From Cyanophyceae cyanobacterium (GTDB lineage Bacteria; Cyanobacteriota; Cyanobacteriia; Cyanobacteriales; Laspinemataceae), in contig JBBQFN010000004.1 of NCBI GenBank assembly GCA_038321985.1, positions 96,001 to 160,000 of the forward strand: DNA of 64,000 bases, given 5' to 3'. The stretch's first letter is position 1. Every line of letters begins with the position of its first letter. Positions 35,127-44,943 of the stretch are shown piece after piece. The notes beneath the pieces are model-generated. The model did not search any database, was not told where the DNA came from, and saw nothing but the letters and a program-made list of their open reading frames with translations. The translations under genes and the position numbers were made by a program.

Positions 35127-35502
35127 GTTTAGGCGATCGCCTCTTTTTTAATTTCTCTTCCGACTTATACAGGATGCCAACCCATTTGGGGGGATTGTGA
35201 TCAAACTCCCCTAGGCGATCGCGGCCAAGATTTTCTTTTTATGACTTCTCCAAACCCAAAAAAATGACAAAAAGGAACCGCGATCGCATTTTTTGCGATC
35301 GCGGTAAAAGAGGTTATCCCGCCGTCTCTTAAAGTCTTCCGGTTCTGAAAATCCTCAATCTGAAGACCCAAAATCAATCGGATCGCCCAAACACCCTCAT
35401 AGAATGGAGTCACCGTTCACAGCTTGGGGGTGGAGGCAACCTGGGTTTTTCCCCCTCTAACCCGTCATTTGGAGGGGGTAAATACAGGGAAAAGCCATTG
35501 AT

Positions 35503-36060
35503 TTAGGAGTTGCTTGCTTGAGTAGCTAACATTTGTTTTAGCTTTTCTAACTCCCCAGCCCAACGTGGATCCGGTTGTACAGAATCCGAGTCTGGGCTGG
35601 CAGTGCTGCTGTTGCTACCCGTCGAGCGTTTCGACTTGTTATTGGAACGAGCAGCGCCTCCACCGCCTCCGGTGGTAGGTTTAGCCACCTTACTCACAAC
35701 TGGTGGTGTAGTGGGTGTTGTCGCAGTGGCTTCCGGGGTTTCCGTAGCTTCCGTGGCTTCGGTAGTCTCCGAAGTTGGGCCCGATTCTTGTTCCTCGTCA
35801 CCTTTCCCCTTCTTGCGAGGCAATGCCTTTTCAATCTTCAGAGGGGTATCTTGGAACATATAACCGTTGAACTTTTCGATAAATTCGTCGGCTTGCTCGT
35901 CATTCTTCACCGTGACGAATCCGAACCCCCGACACTTGCCTGTCTTGCGATCGGTAATGACTTTAGTAGTCACCGAATCACCCTCGACCGCAAAAACGTC
36001 TTGCAGTTCTTTGCGATCAACTTCTTTTGGTAGATTACCTATATAAAGACGAATCGACAT
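35503..36060 (-). CDS. RRM RNA-binding protein, Rbp3-like
   Basis: RNP2 LYIGNL, RNP1 RGFGFV, IEKALPR, C-terminal QPDPRWA.EL.KLK. Confidence 0.88.
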   Translation of the reverse strand: MSIRLYIGNLPKEVDRKELQDVFAVEGDSVTTKVITDRKTGKCRGFGFVTVKNDEQADEFIEKFNGYMFQDTPLKIEKALPRKKGKGDEEQESGPTSETTEATEATETPEATATTPTTPPVVSKVAKPTTGGGGGAARSNNKSKRSTGSNSSTASPDSDSVQPDPRWAGELEKLKQMLATQASNS

Positions 36061-36949
36061 TCGAGATACCTCCTATCTTTTGGAAAATCAATTAAATACA
36101 AAACCTTCTTTTTTGACTCGATCGGTTGTTCGGGGCTTCGTCGTTAACGACTTAAAACCAGAGCTTTCCTGTCCTCGCATTACCCGGTTATCGCATAAGG
36201 GTAAAGGTAACAGCTTGGCTTCGATCAATCGGTTCACTAATTGCTCACCTAAACCCAGGCATACCCTATTGAAAAAAATACGCGCCAACATATTGCCGCT
36301 TCCGCTTTTGAGAATTCGGTGAAAATTTAGGGAGGGCATTGGATCTTTCAGGATTCCTTTCTTCTGCTTTTGATAAAAATCTGCTGTAGGAAACATATCC
36401 TCAATCCGGGGCTTCCAAACCACTGACGAGCATACTACCGTTCTCCTTAATACCATCCGGTAAACTTCAAACGACTCAAGTGTAAAGTTAATGCGTTTCT
36501 CAATATGGGCGCTCTCTTACTCACTCTAACAGAAATGGGTGATTATCTCCCATCCCATTACTTTTTTTCGGCCTCAATCGAGCCACTCTTTAAAATATCA
36601 CAGCTTATGCGGGTGAAGTAGTAGTAGAGTAGAATTTTTTTGATTTCTCTATTATAAATTTTACCTTGGGCCGCTCACTGTGGAATATTTTCTCATTTCC
36701 CGCCCATTTTGTTAGGGTTTTCAACTTTTTGGCAATCCAGAGGCAAAACGAGCCACTTTGTGGTGGCGGGTGCTATATCCCTGGGTCGGGAAAGGGCTTT
36801 AAGCAAGGGTGAAACCCGTGTTTTTTGGGGACTCCACCCCGGGCGGAAGGGGCTTCATTAAGAATTGTAACAACTTCCGGACGGGTCCAGCGACCTTTCC
36901 AGGCCTTTTGCCAGAACACTCGCCCGCACCGGGGAACATAAAAGGAGAC

Positions 36950-39568
36950 CTAAGTACCGCCCTTAGACATCCAGTAAGCTCCTAAAAGCGCTGCCACGGC
37001 TGCCAAAAGGGTAGACCAGATTGGATGAGCACTAGAGTGAATTTTGCCGTCGGGAGTGGTGAATCGTTCCAAATCGATCCAGGGGGTAGCGCCTCGACGA
37101 AACCAACCGACGGTCAAAATTGCCTGTCCCACTGAATCGCTAGGACGCTTAGAAAATAGCCAAAGATACCCAAAAACTCCTAGATTTGAGGCGGCGTGCA
37201 ACTTCACCAACCCAGTCGGGGAATGCAAGATTAAATCCTGGGCTAGCCAATTGCTGAGTCCGCGTCGTCCCAGAAGTTGACCCTCAATCCGAATCGGGAA
37301 ACTATCAAGGGGTATGGCAGCAGCATCGGTGAGCAGGTCAGGCAAACTGGGGTTAGAACGGGTATTTTTGGGGGTAATATCGGGAAAAAAGGAGTTGATG
37401 CGGATAAAAATACCTAGACTGACTCCAATTAATAACGAACCCTGGAGAAGGGAGCGATCGCCCCACACCCAATCTAGGGCCACAAAACCCAGGTTCGCAG
37501 CGACTGCCCCGATTGCCCAAAGTGTCAACCCGGCGAGTAACCCTAGAGGTAAACCAAAATAGGGTGCACCTTGTAATAACAGGCGTTTGAGCATCCAACG
37601 AGGGGGTCTCGTCTCTGGTGTTACGGGGCGATCGCCGGCAAAATCCAATTCCGTATCCAGCTTCCAAAACCGAGCATACAAATCCAACAGAGTCAAACGA
37701 CTGCCCAAAGGAGGATGAGATTGCGACAGATCCAACCATTTCGTGTAGGGATTGCGAGAGTCCCACTCTAGGAGACTTTCCCAGGAAGCCGATCGAGAAC
37801 AACTTCCCAAGGTCATCCCCTGCATATAGCCGACCGGGGAGAGTAAATCGAATCCTTCCAGAACAAAACTGGTTTGACCTTGTTTCTCCACCTCTTGAGC
37901 GATACCGACGGCCATTTTTAGTAAAGCGCGAGTCAACGCATTGGGATTGCCCGTTAAAGAGGCGCTGACGCGATCGCTGTAATAAAACCGCAAGCGAGAC
38001 AGGAATAAAACCGGCCACCGCAGCACCCAGTAAAACCCAAAGGCGGCTGCGGAAATGACCGCAGCGGTCCCTAACATAATCCTCCCGAACCACTCCTGGG
38101 AGTCCAACCACTTATCCCCGTCCCGGGCTACTTGCCAATACACCAGATAGGGAAGTTGACAGAGTAACACCGCCAAAGACATCAGGGGAAAATCCCAATT
38201 TTCTAAATGTCCTAACTCACCGGCATAAATCGCCGCAATTTCATCCTCCTCTAACTGATCCAATAACCCTTGAGTGACCACAATTCGGGCAAATCGAGGT
38301 AAACAGCCGTAGGTCATTGCCATCGGTGCATCGGTAGGAATTACCCTCAGTTCCAGGGGCGGTTGCTTGCGCTCAAAGCAAAACCGGGATAGCAATTTAC
38401 GGGCTTCCGAACTGTAGTTACTGAGTTTCTGTGGCGGCAATTTTTCCATGCCGTAGCCGAAGCGCAGCAGTAAATCTAGTAACCAGGGAGAGGCAACCAG
38501 CAACAGGGCGAGTATTCCCAGCAGGGTCCAAGTCTGATCTCGATAAAAACTTTGGATCGGCGATAAGAGGGGGAGTTGATAGAAGAGGTCGTTAACCCTT
38601 GCTGTAGCCCAATTCATGAAAACCCGTAGCAACCAAAACAGGGCGACTGCGCTGCCGACTTGGGCGAAAAATAAGTAAGCCGGTTTGACGGGTTTGAGTT
38701 TTCGCCAGTTCTGCGCCCGTCCCGCCTGACGCCATGAGTTCTTTTGCGGGGTAGGAATTGCCGATTCGGGAGGCGGAGTTAGGGGTTGCTCGTCCTTCGA
38801 TCCTCCGGGAGAGGGTAAATCCGCAGGGGTTTCTTTTAGGGATAAATAATCGACCCCCTCAGTTTCGGACTCTAAGGGCAGGACTTCTGGATAATCCCTT
38901 GCGACTCCCGGCGATTTCGGCGGGATGGGGGGCGCGCCTGGGGATGAGGCTTGATTTAAGGGGCTGACTCCAGGGCGAGGGGCGGTTGCGCCTTGGGGTC
39001 GGGGTGGGGGCAGGGGTGGCGGGTTGACCGGGGAGCGGCGCGCAGGTTGGGCCTGAGCCGGTTCTAGGGGTACAAAGCCGGTGAGGTTCCCGGCAGGTGG
39101 GGACCCAGGGGAAACTTTGCCTTTAGAGTGGGGGAGGGTGAGCGGGGAGGGTTGAGCCGGTTCCGAAGATAAGGGGTCTAATGGTACAAAACCCGTGGAG
39201 TCTCCTCCGAGGGAGGAGGGCGGTTTGCCGGGGCGGTTTGGCGTTTTCGGGGTTTGAGGTTGAGACCCCGACGATGGGGGTGCCGATCGCGGTTGTGGAG
39301 AAGATTGATTAAACTGAGCTAAGGTCTGAACTGCCCAATCTTTGACTTTGGGATTGTCTGATTGGGTCAAGGTTTGACACAAGGCTAGTGCCTGGGACCG
39401 AGTGCGGTTACCGTTATAGGCCAGCACTAACCCCATCTGCGCTCGCTCAACCGTGGGTGGATGGAGTTCTTGTTCACACACCCTTTCTAAAATGGCGATC
39501 GCCTCGGCATAATTCTTTTTTTTGAGCGCCGCCAACCCTGTTTGGAGATTCGAGTGTTCCATAGCCAT
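36950..39568 (-). CDS. M48 (HtpX-like) membrane peptidase homolog with TPR-like N-terminus and Pro-rich linker; metal site degenerate
   Basis: P.A.TYG, RIVVTQGLL..LEEDEIAAIYAGELGH, NPNALTRALLK, SHPPLGSRL. Start placed at ATG 39568; the track starts at 39646. Confidence 0.8.
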   Translation of the reverse strand: MAMEHSNLQTGLAALKKKNYAEAIAILERVCEQELHPPTVERAQMGLVLAYNGNRTRSQALALCQTLTQSDNPKVKDWAVQTLAQFNQSSPQPRSAPPSSGSQPQTPKTPNRPGKPPSSLGGDSTGFVPLDPLSSEPAQPSPLTLPHSKGKVSPGSPPAGNLTGFVPLEPAQAQPARRSPVNPPPLPPPRPQGATAPRPGVSPLNQASSPGAPPIPPKSPGVARDYPEVLPLESETEGVDYLSLKETPADLPSPGGSKDEQPLTPPPESAIPTPQKNSWRQAGRAQNWRKLKPVKPAYLFFAQVGSAVALFWLLRVFMNWATARVNDLFYQLPLLSPIQSFYRDQTWTLLGILALLLVASPWLLDLLLRFGYGMEKLPPQKLSNYSSEARKLLSRFCFERKQPPLELRVIPTDAPMAMTYGCLPRFARIVVTQGLLDQLEEDEIAAIYAGELGHLENWDFPLMSLAVLLCQLPYLVYWQVARDGDKWLDSQEWFGRIMLGTAAVISAAAFGFYWVLRWPVLFLSRLRFYYSDRVSASLTGNPNALTRALLKMAVGIAQEVEKQGQTSFVLEGFDLLSPVGYMQGMTLGSCSRSASWESLLEWDSRNPYTKWLDLSQSHPPLGSRLTLLDLYARFWKLDTELDFAGDRPVTPETRPPRWMLKRLLLQGAPYFGLPLGLLAGLTLWAIGAVAANLGFVALDWVWGDRSLLQGSLLIGVSLGIFIRINSFFPDITPKNTRSNPSLPDLLTDAAAIPLDSFPIRIEGQLLGRRGLSNWLAQDLILHSPTGLVKLHAASNLGVFGYLWLFSKRPSDSVGQAILTVGWFRRGATPWIDLERFTTPDGKIHSSAHPIWSTLLAAVAALLGAYWMSKGGT

Positions 39569-39975
39569 CGATTCGCAATTGGTAGATGAACCAAGCGGTT
39601 CAACGAAAACTAAACATTCAGAATCGAGAAGGTGGGGTTTTTTCATTCTCGATTCTGAATGCTCTATAGCCAGTCTAAATCATTCACAACCCTGATTTCT
39701 GGGGTTGGGTACGGGGAAAAAGCTCTAGGAGTTTTTGGGTGAGGGGGGTTTCTCCAGGTTGAGCTTTGTTCGGTGGGGTAACTGGCGTTGTTTGTCAACA
39801 GCCTTTAGAAGTGTGGACATCATCAATGTAATACCCGGGTAATCCTCCCCTCGAATCAATCGGGTTGTAGCAAAATTAAGATAGATTGAAAGGCAAACTC
39901 GTCGTGATGGGTTGCGATCGCATAACATACCTGCGATTTTTTTTCAGAAGTTTAATTACAAAAGGAGTTGAAGTC

Positions 39976-40320
39976 ATGTACGACGCAGACAAACGGAAGC
40001 TGTTATCTCTATTGGCTCATGGAGCGATTTTTTTAAGTACAACTTTGGTGTCAATTGGCATCCCCCTGGCGATTTTATTCGTATCGGATGACCCAGTGGT
40101 GAAAGATAATGCCAAAGAATCTATCAATTTTCACTTGAATGTCTGGGCTTGGGGTTCTGCAATTTTGGCTTTAAGTTTTCTGACGTTTGGCTTGCTGGGA
40201 TTTTTTCTAGCTCCAGCGGGATTTCTTCTTCATTGGGGGTTGACCGCTTTTGCCATGCTCAAGGTGTTCGGAAATCCCGACCAGCCTTTCCAGTATCCTT
40301 TTATTTTCCGAGTGTTATAA
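39976..40320 (+). CDS. DUF4870 (Tic20-like) membrane protein, copy 1
   Basis: AAAGGAG RBS before ATG at 39976; MYDADKRKLLS..H, V..NAKES.NFHL, F.YPFIFR. Confidence 0.8.
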   Translation: MYDADKRKLLSLLAHGAIFLSTTLVSIGIPLAILFVSDDPVVKDNAKESINFHLNVWAWGSAILALSFLTFGLLGFFLAPAGFLLHWGLTAFAMLKVFGNPDQPFQYPFIFRVL

Positions 40321-40359
40321 CTTGAATATTAGGCGATCGGCAAAATTGGAGGAATTTTT

Positions 40360-40695
40360 ATGTACGATTCAGACAAACGGAAGTTATTATCGGTTTTGTC
40401 TCACGGAGCAGTTTTTTTGAGTGCTACATTCCTTTCGATCGGATTGCCGATCGCAATTTTGTTTCTTTCGGAAGATCCGGTTGTCAAAGGTAATGCCAGA
40501 GAATCTCTAAATTTTCACCTCAATCTTTATCTCTATGGCATCATTTTTGGCCTTCTGACTTTTGTCTTGATTGGCTTTCCCCTGCTGTTCATTTTATTCG
40601 CCGTCAGTTGGATTCTGCCGATTATGGCAATTGTGAAGGTTCTGGGAGACCCCACTTTAATTTACCGCTATCCGTTCATTTTTCGGCTCGTTTAG
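40360..40695 (+). CDS. DUF4870 membrane protein, copy 2
   Basis: GGAGG RBS; paralog of copy 1 (MYDSDKRKLLS...NARESLNFHL...YRYPFIFR). Confidence 0.82.
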   Translation: MYDSDKRKLLSVLSHGAVFLSATFLSIGLPIAILFLSEDPVVKGNARESLNFHLNLYLYGIIFGLLTFVLIGFPLLFILFAVSWILPIMAIVKVLGDPTLIYRYPFIFRLV

Positions 40696-40817
40696 TGGGC
40701 AGTTGAGGGCGATCGTATTTCTGGGAAACAGTGGCGGTGCGATCGCCCTTTTAGGTGGCCTCTCTCCAGGGGCGATCAGGCCCTCTAATTTTAATAATTA
40801 AGGGATGGTAAAGTAGA

Positions 40818-41717
40818 CTAAAGTTCAGAATTGTAAGTGCTCGGAGATAAAGAAATTAAATCTTCTATATTGAGCCGCATGACCGCGCAGATAGAATCCA
40901 GGGGCAAATCATTAGAATCATATCCAAAGGGATTTTCGATTTCAATGCCAATTTTTTCAATGCCAAATAAAGTAAAGCTAATTAAAGCAACAACGGGTGC
41001 AGTCCATAAATTTAAGGTACTGACCATTTGAAAGGGTAGAGCCAGACAATAGATTAATAAAAGTTGTTTTAAATGAATGGCATAAGCTAAAGGCATAGGG
41101 GTTTTTAAAATCCGTTCAGATGAACCCAGTGCATCCACCATTGTATCTAACAGCTTCACCATGGTTGTAAGCTGATAAATATTGAGTTTATTGAGACGAT
41201 ATTGTTTCTGCAAGTAATCCCCCACCCAAAAGGCGATTTCTAAAGGAGGGTGATTCATACCTTGGAGTTTCTTATATTGTTTTGGCGAGACTAATCCCTC
41301 TAATTCTTGATTAATAGGTTCGTTTCTTAAATGCAATTTAGTAGCAATAGCAAAGGCTACTAATAATCTCACGTTATCCGCTTTTACGCTGGCATCTTCG
41401 GGATTAGTTTCGTCCACAGCTACCCAAATTTGCCGAGAAAAATTGCGTACTGAATTGACAAGAGTACCCCAGGCTTTTCTCCCTTCCCAAAAGCGATCAT
41501 AAGCTGTGTTGGTTCTAAAAACTAATAATAAACCCAAAACAATCGTGGGAACCAATCCCTCTAATACAGGCCAAGAAACTGGATAGCCCAAGCGATATAA
41601 AATAGAGACAATTAAACTAAATAAACCGCTACAAGAAACCGGATTTAAAATAGCTGGAATCACCGAGCCTTTGAGTTTAAAAATCAGAGGAAAGCCTTTG
41701 ATCTGGGGTAATTTCAT
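40818..41717 (-). CDS. Bestrophin family channel (YneE-like)
   Basis: LLLVFRTNTAYDRFWEGRKAWG, ERILKTPMP.AY, EIENPFGYD.NDLPLD. Confidence 0.92.
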   Translation of the reverse strand: MKLPQIKGFPLIFKLKGSVIPAILNPVSCSGLFSLIVSILYRLGYPVSWPVLEGLVPTIVLGLLLVFRTNTAYDRFWEGRKAWGTLVNSVRNFSRQIWVAVDETNPEDASVKADNVRLLVAFAIATKLHLRNEPINQELEGLVSPKQYKKLQGMNHPPLEIAFWVGDYLQKQYRLNKLNIYQLTTMVKLLDTMVDALGSSERILKTPMPLAYAIHLKQLLLIYCLALPFQMVSTLNLWTAPVVALISFTLFGIEKIGIEIENPFGYDSNDLPLDSICAVMRLNIEDLISLSPSTYNSEL

Positions 41718-41817
41718 AGCGGGGGGCGAGCGAACAAAGGATTAGGGAAGCTCCGGTGGAGGTTGTATGACAAACTAGGGTATGGTTTTCAGGTAATTAT
41801 TAGGTCAATCATATCGA

Positions 41818-41945
41818 TATAGCATTTTCCAGAGTTATGAGGTACCGATAATTATTAGGAGTCGGAGCATCTTGCTCGCTTTTGAAAAAAGCGAGCAAGA
41901 TGCTCGCATTTTTATTAGTAACTCATGAGTCCGGAACCCGCTATA
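41818..41945. mobile_element. 128-bp MITE-like element C with a 19-bp-stem hairpin cargo
   Basis: Ends TATAGCATTTTCCAGAGTTATGAGGTAC and (rc) TATAGCGGGTTCCGGACTCATGAGTTAC (21/28); internal GAGCATCTTGCTCGCTTTT-GAA-AAAAGCGAGCAAGATGCTC. Confidence 0.75.
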
Positions 41946-41979
41946 TCAGCCCTAGGAATGCCATTGCAAAAGTTACCTT

Positions 41980-44115
41980 TTAAGGTTCCTTCACCGATGG
42001 TACTCGCCAAATTTTAAGGGTTTCATCGGGAGAACCTGTCAAGAGAGTTTTACCATTGCGAGTCATTGCAATTCCACTTACATAACTAGAATGACCATTA
42101 AGCTGATAACGCAGGGTTCCAGTCGCTAAATCCCAAATTTCGATCGTCCCTCCACTACTCGCCAACATCTTACCTTCGGGGCCAATTACGACGGATCTCA
42201 CCCAAGTTGAATCTCCGATTAACTGATATTTTCGCTCTCCAGTTCTGAGGTTCCAAATCACAATTGTATTATCGCGACTGCCACTGGCGAGGGTGTTACC
42301 ATCGGGACTGATGGCAAGGGAAAGAACCGGATGCCCATGACCTCGAAGAGTTAATAACCTAGCGCCGGTTGTTAAGTCCCAAATTTTTACGGTATTGTCA
42401 TTAGCCGCACTAATAATTCGGCGGCCATCGGGAGTAAAAGCGACTGCATTTACCCCGGCTCCCACCTGAATTGTCCGGAGGCGAGTCCCGCTTCTAATAT
42501 CCCAAATTTTAATCGTATTATCATCCGATCCACTCGCTAAACGCTGTCCATCGGGGGTAAAGGCGAGGGTATTTACGGGGCCCCAATGCGCTCCGGGTCC
42601 GGCAATGGTAAGCATACGGGACCCATTATTCATATTCCATAATCGAATCGTTTTGTCTGCGGAACCACTTGCTAAGGTTTGACCATTGGGACTAATGGCT
42701 AGAGTCTTTACCCAGTCTTTATGAGCGGCGATCGTTTGCAGTAATGCTCCACTTTTAAGATTCCAGATGCGGATTGTGCCAAAACTACCGCTGGCAAAGG
42801 TTCCCCCCTCGGATTGATTTTCCGCGCCGGGAACCTGACTCATGGCGAGGGACTGAACTTTACCGACATCCCGGATGCTTTTTCTTAAAAATAGACTGCT
42901 AGGGATATTCACGAGCAGTCCGACAGGATTGGCTGGAAATAATCCATATCGCCAATAGCCATAAACTTGGGAGGTTCCCAGCAGGACTAATAAGATGGCG
43001 ATCGCTGAAATCCAGGGTTTTTTCCCTGCTTTTTTCAGATATCGACCCCGACTATTACTTTTCGGTGGATAAACGGGTTTGTATTGCGATCGCAGCTTTT
43101 TTGATTCTGTGGATGTTGATTTCGAGTTCAGATTGGAAGCTGTATTGTAATTTCCCCGGGTCCCAGAGGTTCCGATTCCTGTGGTATTATCGTCCCCAAC
43201 TTCCCCATTTGGCGGCGTCAAGTCAATCTCCGCTAGACATTGCAAGATAGATTGAGCACTTTGAGGTCGCTTTCCGGGAAAGGGAGCCATTAAATAATCG
43301 ATCACATCTCCAAACGACTTGGAAATCTGCGGTGCACTATTGCGCCAGACGAGCTTTCCCGTCCGAGGATTTTCCGAAAAGGCGGTAGGCGGTTTCGCCG
43401 TGAGTAAAAAGACTAGGGTCCGGCCTAATGCATAAAAATCCGATTGCGGCACCGCCTTACCATTGGCTTGTTCCGGTGGCGTATAGCCCGGAGACACAAT
43501 CCCCGTAATATTTTGGCCCTGCCCCACTTTGGCAAAGTAGGTGTTGGTGACTTCGCGCGCAGCCCCAAAGTCAATCAACACGACTTGCCCATTCAACCGA
43601 ATCATGATGTTGAGAGGCTTAATATCCCGATGAAAAAAGTTTTGTTGGTGGACGCGATCGAGAATCTCCACCATCTGTTTTAACCAATCAATGGCTTGGC
43701 TTTGGTTTACGGGACGATTTCCCCGCTTTTTCATCCAATCACGCAGGTTCAATCCACTGATTTTTTCCATGACTAAGCAGTGGATCGGTTCGGTTTCCCC
43801 GGGAGGCGTGATCGCAAAGTAGGCATCTGGCTCAACTTTGGGAATCCCCGGATGGTTGATCCGTTTAAGCACATCGGCTTCCTGCTGAAAAAGCTCCACC
43901 GCTTTTTCATGGTTTTGGAGCAATACTTTCAGGACCTTGATGGCTCCTTTATCCTCAATTTCAAAGGTTTTGCCAAAACCCCCACCTCCAAGGGGTTTGA
44001 TAATCCGATACCGTCCTTGCAGGATTACATCACAGCCACAGTGAACACATTTGACCTGGTCCGCGTTGGCTGGGTCATTAGGATGGGGACATTTGGGATT
44101 CAGGCAATAACTCAC
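41980..44115 (-). CDS. Ser/Thr protein kinase with a TM segment and WD40 repeats
   Basis: YCLNP.C N-terminus, GGGGFGKT, HRDIKPLN, DFG, GYTPPEQ; about seven WD40 repeats (LASGS.D.TI.IW). Confidence 0.93.
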   Translation of the reverse strand: MSYCLNPKCPHPNDPANADQVKCVHCGCDVILQGRYRIIKPLGGGGFGKTFEIEDKGAIKVLKVLLQNHEKAVELFQQEADVLKRINHPGIPKVEPDAYFAITPPGETEPIHCLVMEKISGLNLRDWMKKRGNRPVNQSQAIDWLKQMVEILDRVHQQNFFHRDIKPLNIMIRLNGQVVLIDFGAAREVTNTYFAKVGQGQNITGIVSPGYTPPEQANGKAVPQSDFYALGRTLVFLLTAKPPTAFSENPRTGKLVWRNSAPQISKSFGDVIDYLMAPFPGKRPQSAQSILQCLAEIDLTPPNGEVGDDNTTGIGTSGTRGNYNTASNLNSKSTSTESKKLRSQYKPVYPPKSNSRGRYLKKAGKKPWISAIAILLVLLGTSQVYGYWRYGLFPANPVGLLVNIPSSLFLRKSIRDVGKVQSLAMSQVPGAENQSEGGTFASGSFGTIRIWNLKSGALLQTIAAHKDWVKTLAISPNGQTLASGSADKTIRLWNMNNGSRMLTIAGPGAHWGPVNTLAFTPDGQRLASGSDDNTIKIWDIRSGTRLRTIQVGAGVNAVAFTPDGRRIISAANDNTVKIWDLTTGARLLTLRGHGHPVLSLAISPDGNTLASGSRDNTIVIWNLRTGERKYQLIGDSTWVRSVVIGPEGKMLASSGGTIEIWDLATGTLRYQLNGHSSYVSGIAMTRNGKTLLTGSPDETLKIWRVPSVKEP

Positions 44116-44754
44116 AGAAGCTACATTACCCTATATTCTGACTGCACGTTTCAACAACACTATAACTTGCAGTTATCATTCATAACTGTAGGGTCTTGCC
44201 AACTCATTGATAATTTCCTCGGTGAGTTGACCCTCTAGCTGCAAGTGCAGCGCAAGCCGTCTAGCTTGATTTTTTGATCGGCCCAATTTGCTTCTGGCTT
44301 AACCCGGATGGCTTGTGGGAACGTTTGTCTATCGAAGCCAGGTAGTACGCTCCCATTAAATGCTAGCAATTATTGGGTCAAAAAGATTATTTTTAAAAAT
44401 GTTATAACCGTTGCTGGGTTTGATACCAATCCCCATTTGAATCAATGGTTGCTCTGTATTGACGGGTGTAGTGACCTTTCGCCTGAAGGTGATGGGGGTT
44501 TAAGTTTTACGGTTCGCCACCCAGGACTACCGTCTTTTTTTAGCCCTATTCCTTGAGTCCTGGGTGGCGATCGCCTGGATATGGCCCTGACTCCCTGCTT
44601 TGTCTCCTTTACCATCAAACCGGGCTGGCGATCGCACTTCCCCCAACTCAATTGTAATTAAATTTTGTCGATCCGATTCATCTCCCCCTTCCGGTATCCA
44701 AGTTAGGGGTTAGGGTTTGATATTCCCTCCGTAATTGTTCGGAACCCGTTTGAG

Positions 44755-44943
44755 TTACCGGCCTCTCTCTCCCGTGCAGTCGCCCCTTTCAAATCGATGC
44801 TGATATCGCATAAAAGCCTCTTCCACTTCCGCTTCGCTCAAAATTAAATAATTGGCAATATCGGGAAAACTTTTGCCAATTTTCCACATTTTGCCTACCA
44901 CATCTTCTATCGTTTTCTCCGTAATTTCCCGGAGTTTTGCCAT
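44755..44943 (-). CDS. Small hypothetical protein, possible HTH
   Basis: AGAAGGA upstream of ATG at 44943; GKSFPDIANYLILSEAEVEEA resembles a helix-turn-helix. Confidence 0.5.
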   Translation of the reverse strand: MAKLREITEKTIEDVVGKMWKIGKSFPDIANYLILSEAEVEEAFMRYQHRFERGDCTGERGR

